This document shows positions 49,001-58,377 of a stretch of DNA of 64,000 nucleotides, piece by piece. The translations under genes were made by a program, and so were the position numbers. Each line of letters opens with the position of its first letter. The first letter of the stretch is position 1. The notes beneath the pieces are model-generated. The model was given only the letters and a program-made list of their open reading frames with translations, was not told the origin of the DNA and did no database searches. The stretch is from an uncultured Acidobacteriota bacterium (GTDB taxonomy: Bacteria; Acidobacteriota; Thermoanaerobaculia; Gp7-AA8), in assembly GCA_963741955.1 (NCBI GenBank), contig CAVUKB010000006.1, positions 160,001 through 224,000 on the forward strand, given 5' to 3'.

Positions 49001-50665
49001 TCAATGCTGCAGACGGAGCGTCGGTTCGAGAATGGCCGCCGGCGCTGGCCGGCCGAAGAAAAAGCCCTGCATGTCGAGACAGCGGTGATCGCGCAGAAAG
49101 GCCATCTGCTCTTTCGTCTCGACTCCTTCTGCGACGACGCGGAGCCCGAGGCTGCGCGCCATGAGAATCATCGCATCGATGATCGCCGCGTCTTTCGGAT
49201 CGCGCGGCGCATTGCGGGTGAAGGTCGAGTCGATCTTGATGGTGTCGATCGGAATGCGCTTGAAGTCGTTGAACGAAGTGCAGCCGGTGCCGAAGTCGTC
49301 GATCGCGATCTGCACGCCGAGATCTTTCAAGCTGCGGATCGCCACCGCCGCGCGGTCGTAGTCGTGGAGCGTCGCATCGCTCAGCTCGAGCTCGAGACTG
49401 GAGGGTTCGATCCCCGTTTCATCGAGGATACGCTGCACGTTTCGCTTGAGGGCCGGGTCGCGGAGCTGCCCCACCGAGAGATTCACCGAGATACGGTTTC
49501 CGATCATCCCGGCTCGGCTCCAGCTCGCGATCTGGCGGCTCGCCTCGCGAAGGACCCAGTCCCCGATCGGGAGAGTCAGTCGCGCTTCTTCGGCGGCGAC
49601 CAGAAACGTTCCCGGCTCGACCGCTCCGTACAGAGGATGATTCCATCGGAGCAGCGCTTCGATGCACTCGATCCGGCCGTTCTGGATGTTCACCTGCGGC
49701 TGGTAATGGAGCGAGAACTCGCCCATGTCGACCGCTTTTCGAAGGTTCGAGATCAGGAAAGAACGCTCGAAAGCCCGGGCGTTCATGGAAGGCTCGTAGA
49801 GCTGATACGTATTGCGTCCCGCTTCTTTCGCGCGGTACATCGCGTTCGCGGCGTTGTCGATCAACGCTTCTGCTTCCGTGCCGTCCTCGGGAAACAGAGC
49901 GATCCCGATCGAAGCGTTTACGAAGACCTGGCGGTCTTCGATCACGAACGGCCGCGAGATCGTATCGAGAATGCGTTGAGCGATGATGGCGCTGTTCTCG
50001 GCGGAGCCGAAGTCCGTCAGGAGGAACATGAACTCGTCGCTTCCGTGGCGCGCCACGCTGTCTTCCATCCGCAGCGCCTCGGTCAGGCGGAGAGACAGGC
50101 CCTTGAGAATCCGGTCGGCGTTGTCTCCTCCGAACGTCGCGCTGAGGAGGCCGAAGTGATCGAGGTCGACGTAGAGCACGGCGACCAGACGTTTCTGCCG
50201 GCGTGCCCGCGCGAGCGCCACGTTCAGGCGGTCGATGAAGAGAGCGCGGTTCGGCAGCTCGGTGAGAGGATCGTGCTGCAGTTGAAACTCGACTCGTTCC
50301 GCCTGCTGCCTCTGGTCCGTAACCTCGAGAAGTACTCCGTCCACGACTTCCTGTCCTTCCGGTTCGACGGTCCGCAGATGAACGTTGCCGTACACCCAGG
50401 CGAGCGTTCCGTCCTTCCTTCGAAGGCAGATCTCGAGATTCGGCAGAGTGCCGAGATCCCGGAGTGCCGAGAGCATCATTGTCTGGTCCGAGGAGTTGCA
50501 GTAGGTGAAGGAACCTTCGCCCATCAACTCATCACGCGACTCGTAGCCGAGGATCTGGGCGCACGCTTCGTTGCAGTCGAGAAGACGGCCGTCGACGGTC
50601 TGACTGAAGACGCCAGCCATGCTCCGTTCGTACACGGACCGGTAATCAATCTCAAAGGCGGACAT
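49001..50665 (-). CDS. PAS-GGDEF-EAL c-di-GMP signalling protein
   Basis: PAS/PAC, HDPLTELPNR, degenerate RHGSDEF, EALLRW, DDFGTG, VVAEGVE. Confidence 0.95.
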   Translation of the reverse strand: MSAFEIDYRSVYERSMAGVFSQTVDGRLLDCNEACAQILGYESRDELMGEGSFTYCNSSDQTMMLSALRDLGTLPNLEICLRRKDGTLAWVYGNVHLRTVEPEGQEVVDGVLLEVTDQRQQAERVEFQLQHDPLTELPNRALFIDRLNVALARARRQKRLVAVLYVDLDHFGLLSATFGGDNADRILKGLSLRLTEALRMEDSVARHGSDEFMFLLTDFGSAENSAIIAQRILDTISRPFVIEDRQVFVNASIGIALFPEDGTEAEALIDNAANAMYRAKEAGRNTYQLYEPSMNARAFERSFLISNLRKAVDMGEFSLHYQPQVNIQNGRIECIEALLRWNHPLYGAVEPGTFLVAAEEARLTLPIGDWVLREASRQIASWSRAGMIGNRISVNLSVGQLRDPALKRNVQRILDETGIEPSSLELELSDATLHDYDRAAVAIRSLKDLGVQIAIDDFGTGCTSFNDFKRIPIDTIKIDSTFTRNAPRDPKDAAIIDAMILMARSLGLRVVAEGVETKEQMAFLRDHRCLDMQGFFFGRPAPAAILEPTLRLQH

Positions 50666-50783
50666 GAGTGATCCCAAGGATCCAAGCTACGACGACGGCC
50701 GGGAGAACGGTAGCTGTCTTGAGTTAGGGTGGGCACCCTATCGAAGGTTAAGGGTAAAAAATGTAAACTTTCGCCGTAACCGG

Positions 50784-51419
50784 TTACAGGATCCCCTTCT
50801 CCTGCGCATAGAGGGTGAGCTCGACCCGTCCATGAACCTGAAGCTTTTCGTAGATGGTGTGGAGGTACGACTTCACGGTTCCTTCGCTGATCGAGAGCTT
50901 CATGGCGATCTCTTTGTTCCGGAGCCCTTCGGCGACCATCCTCACCACGTCCGTCTCGCGCGGAGAGAGGAGGCGTTCGACTTCCTTCATCGCCTGGTGC
51001 TTCCGCGACATCCGGTCGACGGCACGGGTGACCAGACTCGGGTCGAGGGCACGTTCACCACGGGCGACGCGCTGCACCGCGTGAACCAGCTGGACCGACG
51101 CGGATTCCTTCAGGACCAGCCCCCAGACGCCTGCCTGCATCGCTTCCAGAACGCCGTCGTCGTCGAGAATCGCCGTGAGGAGAACCACTCGGGTGCGCAG
51201 TTTTTCTTCATGAATCTCCCGGAGGACCGCGAGTCCATCCTTGCGCGGCATCTGAATATCGAGGACCAGTACGTCCGGCTGATAGCGGCGGACGGCTTCG
51301 AGTGCCTGATCTCCGTCGGTGCAGGTTGCGACGACTTCGAACTGCGAATCTCGACGGAACAGCTGTTCCAGTCCGTCGAGAATGATCCGATGGTCATCGG
51401 CGAGTGCAATGCGAATCAT
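50784..51419 (-). CDS. NarL/LuxR-family response regulator
   Basis: LADDH, LDIQMP, LSPRE...GLRNKEIA...TVKSYLHTIYEKL. Confidence 0.96.
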   Translation of the reverse strand: MIRIALADDHRIILDGLEQLFRRDSQFEVVATCTDGDQALEAVRRYQPDVLVLDIQMPRKDGLAVLREIHEEKLRTRVVLLTAILDDDGVLEAMQAGVWGLVLKESASVQLVHAVQRVARGERALDPSLVTRAVDRMSRKHQAMKEVERLLSPRETDVVRMVAEGLRNKEIAMKLSISEGTVKSYLHTIYEKLQVHGRVELTLYAQEKGIL

Positions 51420-52694
51420 CTAGTCTCCTCGGTAACCCAATGGTATCGAGATTTCGAGCCGCGATCCGGTGTCGCGTGATTCCACGGTGACGTCCCCGTT
51501 GAGGGCAGTGACCCGCTCGCCCAGCGTGGACGGCGCCTGATGCATCTCCGTGAGCTCGGCGAGCGAATGGCGGCCGCGAAAAGGAAATCCGCACCCGTTG
51601 TCGTCGACCACCACGGCGAGACGGTCATTCCCGGACGAGATCTCGACGCGCGCGTGGGTCGCCTGTCCGTGTCGCACTGCGTTCGTGAGCGCTTCGGTGA
51701 TGATGCGATAGGTCTCCCAGCCGAGAGATTTGGCCACCAATGGATCGATCGACCCGAAGGAAAGTTCGGTCTCCAGTCCCCACTGGATCCGGTAACGCTC
51801 TCGCAGCTGCTCGATCTGGGCCTGCAGATCGAACTCTCGTTCCACGCGACGAGGCTGGGGACGGAGCTGCTCCACATAGAAGCGGAGGTCGCGCTGGTCG
51901 GCCATGATCATCCCTTCGGTCTGGGTCAGAAGGGATCGTGCCTCGCCCGGGTTCCGCTCGAGAAGCTCGTGTACGGTCTCGAGTTGCAGGACTACTCCGG
52001 TGAACGACTGAAGGAGGCCGTCGTGGAGATCGCGGGCGACGCGGACCCGCTCCTTCCTCACCGCGTCATCCCTCGACTCCACCATCCGGCTCGAGTGCTC
52101 GAACCGGGAGACGAAGACGTCGGCAGCGAGAATTGCTGCCATGAAGCTCTCCCGGTCCGGTTCCGGAACGTCGAGGAGGAACAGGTGTCCCTGAATGATT
52201 TCCCCTGAAATCGGAAGTACGAGCGCGCGCCGGATCGAATGTCGCTCGCAGAAAGCCTTCTGAACGGGAGCGGTCACGGACCGCCGGCTGCGCGCGGCCG
52301 GACCCTGAACGAGCACACGGTCGCTGTCACAGTCCGCGAGATGGAACGGTAGTGAATCCAGCGAGGAATGGACGACCTCTCCCAGCTCGGTGGGCGGATC
52401 GCTCCTCATCTCGAACTCTCCCCTGAACACACGCGCGAGATGCAGCCACGGTTCGTCATGCGCTTCGAACAGCGCCATGGCTCGTTCGGTCTGAAAGAGT
52501 TCGGCGATCTGCTGGAGCGCCTCCCGGATCAGAGTCGCCGGCTCGAGCGGAAGCTCGTCTCCCAAAAAGGAGCCGAGTGTGCGGAGACGGTATGCGAGTC
52601 CCCGCCTCAGGCGGCCGGTCGAAGATCTCTTCCCTTCGCCGGAGGGTCGTCGCGCACGTGGATCGCCGGAAGAACGTGAGGGTGACATGATCAA
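51420..52694 (-). CDS. Cytoplasmic NarX-type (HisKA_3) sensor histidine kinase with GAF-like domain
   Basis: ERVRVARDLHDGLLQ, EALTNAVRHG, DDNGCGF, no TM. The start position is uncertain. Confidence 0.9.
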   Translation of the reverse strand: MIMSPSRSSGDPRARRPSGEGKRSSTGRLRRGLAYRLRTLGSFLGDELPLEPATLIREALQQIAELFQTERAMALFEAHDEPWLHLARVFRGEFEMRSDPPTELGEVVHSSLDSLPFHLADCDSDRVLVQGPAARSRRSVTAPVQKAFCERHSIRRALVLPISGEIIQGHLFLLDVPEPDRESFMAAILAADVFVSRFEHSSRMVESRDDAVRKERVRVARDLHDGLLQSFTGVVLQLETVHELLERNPGEARSLLTQTEGMIMADQRDLRFYVEQLRPQPRRVEREFDLQAQIEQLRERYRIQWGLETELSFGSIDPLVAKSLGWETYRIITEALTNAVRHGQATHARVEISSGNDRLAVVVDDNGCGFPFRGRHSLAELTEMHQAPSTLGERVTALNGDVTVESRDTGSRLEISIPLGYRGD

Positions 52695-52904
52695 ATCGAC
52701 CGAGATGATCGGATGTTACTGCCGAACACGGCCTCTTCGCCAGTCGCACCGGCCGTGCGTACCGGAGAGAGAACTCGAACATCGCGCGCGTGACCTCGGG
52801 AACTCCGCGACGAATGCGCTATCTTTATAGCGGCGAAGCGTAGCGGAATCGGATGGAGGAGCCGAACTTTGCAGCGACCGGAGCGTGAACCGCCTCTGCA
52901 CCAG

Positions 52905-53645
52905 ATGCAACCGACCAGGCGGTTTGCGGACCGGGCGCAGGAATACGCACGTTTCCGTCCGGACTACCCGGCAGAAGCGATCGATGCGATTCTCGACTCG
53001 ATCGGTGATCCGGCACATCTGGTGGTCGCCGACCTCGGCGCCGGAACCGGAATCGCGTCCCGCCAGCTGGCCCGGCGAGGAGTCAGGGTCATCGCGATCG
53101 AACCGAACGGCCCGATGCGCGGGAGCGCCGCCCCGGAAGCGGGAATCGAGTGGCGTGAAGGCTCCGCCGAAGACACCGGCCTCCCCGATCAGTCGGTGAT
53201 GCTCGCCACTGCATTTCAGGCCTTTCACTGGTTCGATCCCGAACCTGCACTGCGGGAGATGCATCGGATCCTCGTGCCGGACGGGCGGCTGGCCCTTGTC
53301 TGGAACCAGCGCGATCCGGACGATCCTCTCACCGCCGCATACAGCAGAATCGTGCGAGCTCTGTCGGATCAGCATCCGGCGGAAGAGCGGCCGAACGTCA
53401 CCGATCCACTCTTCGCTTCATCCCTCTTCGCCGGAGTGCGGCATCGGAGCTTCGCACATGGCCAGGACCTCTCGCTCGAAGGTCTGCTCGGTCGTGCGGC
53501 GAGCGTCTCGTATCTCCCGAAGGAAGGACCGCGTCACGAAGAACTGACTGAGCGTCTCCTCGAGCTTCATCGTGACTGGGGCGACTCTCACGGGATGGTG
53601 CGGCTGGCCTATCGCACCGAGGTGTTCCTCGCCACACGTGCCTGA
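52905..53645 (+). CDS. Class I SAM-dependent methyltransferase
   Basis: YARFRPDYP, ADLGAGTG, FQAFHWFD. Confidence 0.92.
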   Translation: MQPTRRFADRAQEYARFRPDYPAEAIDAILDSIGDPAHLVVADLGAGTGIASRQLARRGVRVIAIEPNGPMRGSAAPEAGIEWREGSAEDTGLPDQSVMLATAFQAFHWFDPEPALREMHRILVPDGRLALVWNQRDPDDPLTAAYSRIVRALSDQHPAEERPNVTDPLFASSLFAGVRHRSFAHGQDLSLEGLLGRAASVSYLPKEGPRHEELTERLLELHRDWGDSHGMVRLAYRTEVFLATRA

Positions 53646-53647
53646 GC

Positions 53648-53880
53648 TTCGAGGCTCGGGGCTCGAGATTCGAGGCTCGAGGCTCGGTAACGGCGACGGC
53701 ACGTCACTCGCGATCCCGTTTTCGATTCTCACTTCTCAACCGTCGACATCTGATCTTTGCTCCTCGATTCTCGATCCCAGATTCTCGATCCTCGATCCTC
53801 GATGCCTTTCAGATCCTCGATGCCTTTCAGATCCTCGATGCCTTTCAGATCCTCGATCCTCGATCCTCGATACCAGATAC
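53648..53880. repeat. Inverted heptamer arrays with an embedded 18-bp x3 tandem repeat
   Basis: YTCGAGG-type heptamers from 53648 and CTCGATY-type heptamers from about 53763. GATCCTCGATGCCTTTCA x3 at 53794-53847. Lies between convergent genes. Confidence 0.85.
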
Positions 53881-54960
53881 CTACGCTCCCCCCTGCCAGT
53901 TCTCTTTCACCGGCTCGCGTGGCAACCACTCCGGAAGGCGCATGCGGAGGTGCAGCTCGAGCGCGATGGCATAGGGCTCGTACATCGCCCTGAGCTCGCG
54001 AAGCTTCGCGTCGGCTTCGTCGCCGTCGCGCAGCGGGATGCCGGCGGATTCGAGCTCCTGACGAAGGCGGGAGAGATCCTCGGCCGAAAGCCGCTCTCTC
54101 GACGGCTCACGAGGTGCGACGTGAAGCACGCTGCACATGTCCACCATGGCGTGGCGAGCCATGGCGAAGGTCAGCCACGCTGGTCGTGTGGGAGCACCGT
54201 CGATCCCGACGACGACCAGAGCGGCCGAATCGAGAACGGTGGTGAGAGCGCCGAGCCAAGACTGGTTGTCGTGTTGCGAGCGAAAGAACGCGAGCACCGG
54301 AAAAGAGATGTGGCTCTCGAGGAGCTCGGACGACCAGCGCTCCCAGTCGTGAAGGAAGTCCGACAGATCGCGGCATCCGGCGACATTGCCGTGGCGCCGC
54401 AAAAGCTCCAGCGCAGTGGGAGGAGAGCCTGCCCGCGCGTCGAGCAGAGCGATGTTCACCTCGCGGCGGGAGAACGCTTCCGAGAGCCCCGGGAGAAATC
54501 CGATCACCAGCGCCAGAAATCCGAACCCCGTTCCTGCTTCGATCACCGTGAGCACGCGGCCGAACGTGGTAATGGGGCGTACATCACCCAGTCCCAGAGT
54601 GAAGAACGTGCTGCCGCTGAAGTAGAGATGCGCGGAGAACCCTTCGGTCTCCGGCGGAACGTGCATCACTGTGCCTGCACCCCAGTAGAGAAGAGCGAAC
54701 CCGGTGATCAGCGTCCCGGCCCAGATGCCGAGCAGGAGGACGAACGACAACGGTCCGTAGATGCTCAGAAAGCTCTCGCGCCGGTTTCCTCCCGGGACGA
54801 ATCCCGACAACCTGGCCCATGGCGTCCAGGTCAGCGTGTAGAAAGCTCGAGTGATCCGCAGTCGCCGGGCGACCCGGCGAGCCATCAGGATCGTCTCGAA
54901 TCCGTCCCAGAGAACGATGTAGATGAGGATCACTCCCCCGGCGATGGCGACGTGGTTCAG
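53881..54960 (-). CDS. Potassium-channel-family (Ion_trans_2) membrane protein
   Basis: Pore helix and filter LYFSGSTFFTLGLGDV, DARAGSPP, ESHISFPVLAFFRSQH. Probable CTG start at 54960 behind GAGGTG; alternative GTG at 54933. Confidence 0.88.
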   Translation of the reverse strand: MNHVAIAGGVILIYIVLWDGFETILMARRVARRLRITRAFYTLTWTPWARLSGFVPGGNRRESFLSIYGPLSFVLLLGIWAGTLITGFALLYWGAGTVMHVPPETEGFSAHLYFSGSTFFTLGLGDVRPITTFGRVLTVIEAGTGFGFLALVIGFLPGLSEAFSRREVNIALLDARAGSPPTALELLRRHGNVAGCRDLSDFLHDWERWSSELLESHISFPVLAFFRSQHDNQSWLGALTTVLDSAALVVVGIDGAPTRPAWLTFAMARHAMVDMCSVLHVAPREPSRERLSAEDLSRLRQELESAGIPLRDGDEADAKLRELRAMYEPYAIALELHLRMRLPEWLPREPVKENWQGGA

Positions 54961-55088
54961 TGATTCACCTCTGAATGAGAATAAATTTCGAATTCAAAAT
55001 TCAGAACCTGTAACAATGATACAAAAGCAACGCGTATAGATATGATCTATTTTAGCGTCGTGTTTTCATTCTGCTGCGAAACTCCCCC

Positions 55089-55188
55089 GCCCCTTCGGGG
55101 TGCGACGAATGATCGCGCTCCTCTCTGTCTTTCCGGTGGTGGCCGCTTCGCGGCAGCCACCGGCTAATCTCCGTTGCCCCTTCGGGGC
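55089..55188. repeat. Composite palindromic REP/MITE-like element
   Basis: GCCCC-TTC-GGGGY hairpins at 55089 and 55176 flank a CCGGTGG...CCACCGG hairpin (55133-55163). Confidence 0.65.
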
Positions 55189-55308
55189 AGAAGGACGATT
55201 CTTGAATTCGCTCTCGTCATTCGTTTGGTCAAAGGTGGCCGTCGCCCACCGGTGGCGCCCGAATTCAGGGTCCTGCTGAATCGCTAAACTGGCTTTCGAT
55301 TCATCTTC

Positions 55309-58300
55309 TCACGCCGTCGCCTGCTCCGGAACCTCCTCCTTCGGCGTCCCCCGCCATACTCTCCGGAACCACTCCGCTGCTCCTTCCACCGCCGAATCGA
55401 TGGTCGGAAGAACGATCAGCGTGAGAAACGTCGACGACACCAGACCTCCCATCACCGTTCGTGCCAGAGGGAAGTAGAAAAGCCCCCCTACCGATGAGCC
55501 GCCGATCGCGAGCGGAAGGAGACCGATGATCGTCGTCGACGCGGTCATGAGGATCGCGCGAAGTCGGTCTCGCCCTGCCTGCAGGACGGACTCCTCCCGA
55601 GACAGCCCGCCTGCCCGGAGCTGGTTCATGTGATCCAGCAGGACGATCCCGTTGTTCACCACGATCCCCATCAGGATCAGAAGGCCGATCTGCGCCATCA
55701 GATTGAAAGGAGTCCTGGTGATCGCAAGCATCCAGATCGCTCCCGGGAGCGCGAACGGAATGGAGAACAGAATGGCGAAGGGCTGAGCGAGAGATTCGAA
55801 CAGCGAAGCCATCACCAGATAGACCAGCGCCAGGGCGAGAAGGAAGTTGATCCCCATCTCCTTCCCCTGGGTGTCCTGCTCGAGGATCCGGTCGTCCCAG
55901 GACCAGCTGTATCCGGGGGGAAGCTCGAACGCATCCATCAGCCCGGTGATCCTCGTGCGCGTCTTCGGCCAGTCCTTCCCTTCGTACGTCGCACCGACCA
56001 CCGCACGAACCTTTCGATTCTCTCGCCGGATCGCGTCGGGAGTGCGCACCACATCGAAAATGGCGATGTCGCCGAGCTGCAACTGTTTTCCGCCCGAGGT
56101 CACGATCCGGATGTGGCGGAGGTCGTCGAGATTTTCGCGATCCGAGCGCCGAAGCGCGACCCACGTCTCCACTTCCCGCGCTCCGGCGTTGAAGCGGTTC
56201 AGACGCATACCGCCGAGCGTGAAAGAAAAGATGTCGGAGATATCCTGAGCGCTCAGGCCGAGCTTGAGCGCGCGGGCCCGATCGATGGTCACCTGCACTT
56301 CCCGGCGCGGATTGCGGTTACCGACATTGATGTCCGCCACTCCCTCGATCGTCCCCAGCCGCCGCTCGGCTTCCTCCGCCAGCTGCTGGAGTACGGCGCT
56401 GTCCTGGCCGAAGAACTTCACCGCGAAATGAGTGCTGTCGCCTCCCTCTTCGGAATCGGTGTCGAAGAAGAGACGGACCCCGGCGATCGGCGGGAGCGAT
56501 TCGCGGATCTTCTTTCGCAGTTCCGCGATTTCCGTATCACTCAAACTCGGATCCGCCAGAGTCATCGTGGTGGCCGCCTCGCTGTCGCCGAAATAGCTGT
56601 AGAGACCCTTGATGCCGAACGCCTGCCGGTTCTTCCAGAGGTGCTTTTCGACCACGTCGACCGCTCGCTCGCTGTCCGACTTGTACGAAAAATCCTTGAA
56701 GTCGTAAGAGAGCTGGATCCGTTCGTTCCGGTGCGCCGCGAAGATCGCGGCTTTGACCCACCCGGCAGCGAACGGCACCACCGTCAGCCCGCCGACCAGA
56801 ACGATGGCGGCGAATGTCTTCACGCGATGCCGCTGGGTCCAGGCGAGAACCCGAACGTACCGCTCCTCGAGCCACACGATCAGCGGATTCGGCCTCCGCT
56901 CCCTGTGCTGGAGGAAATGCGCCGACATCAGAGGGATCAGCGTCAGCGACGCGAGGAGCGAACAGACCAGGGCGAGAGAGATCGCGATGCCGACCTCGCC
57001 GAGCCAGATCGTCAGCTCCGAGGCGCCACCGACGATCAGCGGGAGGAAGACGATCAGCGACGTCGCGGTCGATGCGATCACCGCAAGACCGACCGCACCG
57101 GCTCCTTCCAGCGCGGCCCGGCCCGTGTCGGTCACTTCGCGCTGACGCCGGTCGATCGACTCGAGCACCACGATGGCGTTGTCGACCAGCATTCCCACCC
57201 CGAGCATCAGTCCCATCATCGAAAGGACGTTCAGCGTCTTCCCGAGAAAGTACATCACCCCGATCGCGGCAATGATCGAAAAGGGGATGGAGAGCGACAC
57301 GATCAGCGTGGCGCTGAAACGGCGCAGGAAGAAATAGAGGACCAGTACCGCGAGGAGTCCGCCGATGAATCCCGACTGAGTCAGACCGCGGATACCGCCG
57401 GTGATCTGCTCGGCCTGATCATTCCAGGTGAAGAGCTTGATTCCCTTCAGGAGCGGATCGCTCCCGATGTCGTTCTCGATGACGTTCATCACCGCACGAA
57501 CGACGTCCACCGTATTGGCGGTCGATTCCTTGTAGACGTTCAGCGCGATCGCGTACTTTCCGTCGAGGTGCCGGCCATAGTCGATCGGAGGCTCGTCGTA
57601 GCGGACGTCCGCGACGTCGCCCAGTCTCAGCCCTCGTCCATCGATCACCAGGTTCCGGATCTCGTCGACGGAACGAAGCTGGCCGAGAGCACGTACCGTC
57701 AGTCGCGTACCCTTCTCGGTGACCTGCCCGAGGACCATGTTCGACGAAGCGCCTCGAAGGCGTTGAATCAGGGTTCCGACGTCCACCGAATGCTTGTTCA
57801 CGTCGTCGATGCGGAGATCGATGTTGATCTCCCGCGGGGCGACGCCGTCGATGTCGACGCGCGCGACACCCGGAACGCGGCGGATCCGGTTCATCACCCG
57901 CGCCTCGAGCAGGTCGTAGTTCTTCGAGAGGTCCACCCCCTCGGCTGCGATGCGCGCCTCCACCACCGGGATGTCGTTGGTGTTGAACGAGAAGATCAGA
58001 ATCTGCCCGATGTCCTCCGGGAGCGATGGGCGAATCTGATCCATCTTCTCGCTCACCTGCATCCGGATCACGTCGAGGTCGAGTCCCCAGTCGAATCGGA
58101 GATCGATCTGGGAGGAATCGGCGGTCGAGCGCGAGGTCAGTTTCTTCACGTGGGGGAGTGTCGCGAGCACCTCTTCGACCGGCTTGGTGATCTCCTTTTC
58201 GATCTGCGTCGGATTCGAGTTCGGATGCGCGATCCGGATCCCGATGAATGGCGCGTCCACCTCCGGAAGGAGCGCGAGCGGAATCCGGGTGATGGTGATT

Positions 58301-58377
58301 CCCCCGATCACCAGCACCGAAATGATGAGCATGATGGTCGTGACGGGTCGATGCACTGCGAGCTTCGGAAGCGTCAT
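55309..58377 (-). CDS. RND efflux transporter permease (second subunit)
   Basis: AVHRPVTT, GMLVDNAIVVLE, MASLFES, GIVVNNGIV, RLRAILMT. ATGA overlap with the upstream permease. Confidence 0.96.
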   Translation of the reverse strand: MTLPKLAVHRPVTTIMLIISVLVIGGITITRIPLALLPEVDAPFIGIRIAHPNSNPTQIEKEITKPVEEVLATLPHVKKLTSRSTADSSQIDLRFDWGLDLDVIRMQVSEKMDQIRPSLPEDIGQILIFSFNTNDIPVVEARIAAEGVDLSKNYDLLEARVMNRIRRVPGVARVDIDGVAPREINIDLRIDDVNKHSVDVGTLIQRLRGASSNMVLGQVTEKGTRLTVRALGQLRSVDEIRNLVIDGRGLRLGDVADVRYDEPPIDYGRHLDGKYAIALNVYKESTANTVDVVRAVMNVIENDIGSDPLLKGIKLFTWNDQAEQITGGIRGLTQSGFIGGLLAVLVLYFFLRRFSATLIVSLSIPFSIIAAIGVMYFLGKTLNVLSMMGLMLGVGMLVDNAIVVLESIDRRQREVTDTGRAALEGAGAVGLAVIASTATSLIVFLPLIVGGASELTIWLGEVGIAISLALVCSLLASLTLIPLMSAHFLQHRERRPNPLIVWLEERYVRVLAWTQRHRVKTFAAIVLVGGLTVVPFAAGWVKAAIFAAHRNERIQLSYDFKDFSYKSDSERAVDVVEKHLWKNRQAFGIKGLYSYFGDSEAATTMTLADPSLSDTEIAELRKKIRESLPPIAGVRLFFDTDSEEGGDSTHFAVKFFGQDSAVLQQLAEEAERRLGTIEGVADINVGNRNPRREVQVTIDRARALKLGLSAQDISDIFSFTLGGMRLNRFNAGAREVETWVALRRSDRENLDDLRHIRIVTSGGKQLQLGDIAIFDVVRTPDAIRRENRKVRAVVGATYEGKDWPKTRTRITGLMDAFELPPGYSWSWDDRILEQDTQGKEMGINFLLALALVYLVMASLFESLAQPFAILFSIPFALPGAIWMLAITRTPFNLMAQIGLLILMGIVVNNGIVLLDHMNQLRAGGLSREESVLQAGRDRLRAILMTASTTIIGLLPLAIGGSSVGGLFYFPLARTVMGGLVSSTFLTLIVLPTIDSAVEGAAEWFRRVWRGTPKEEVPEQATA

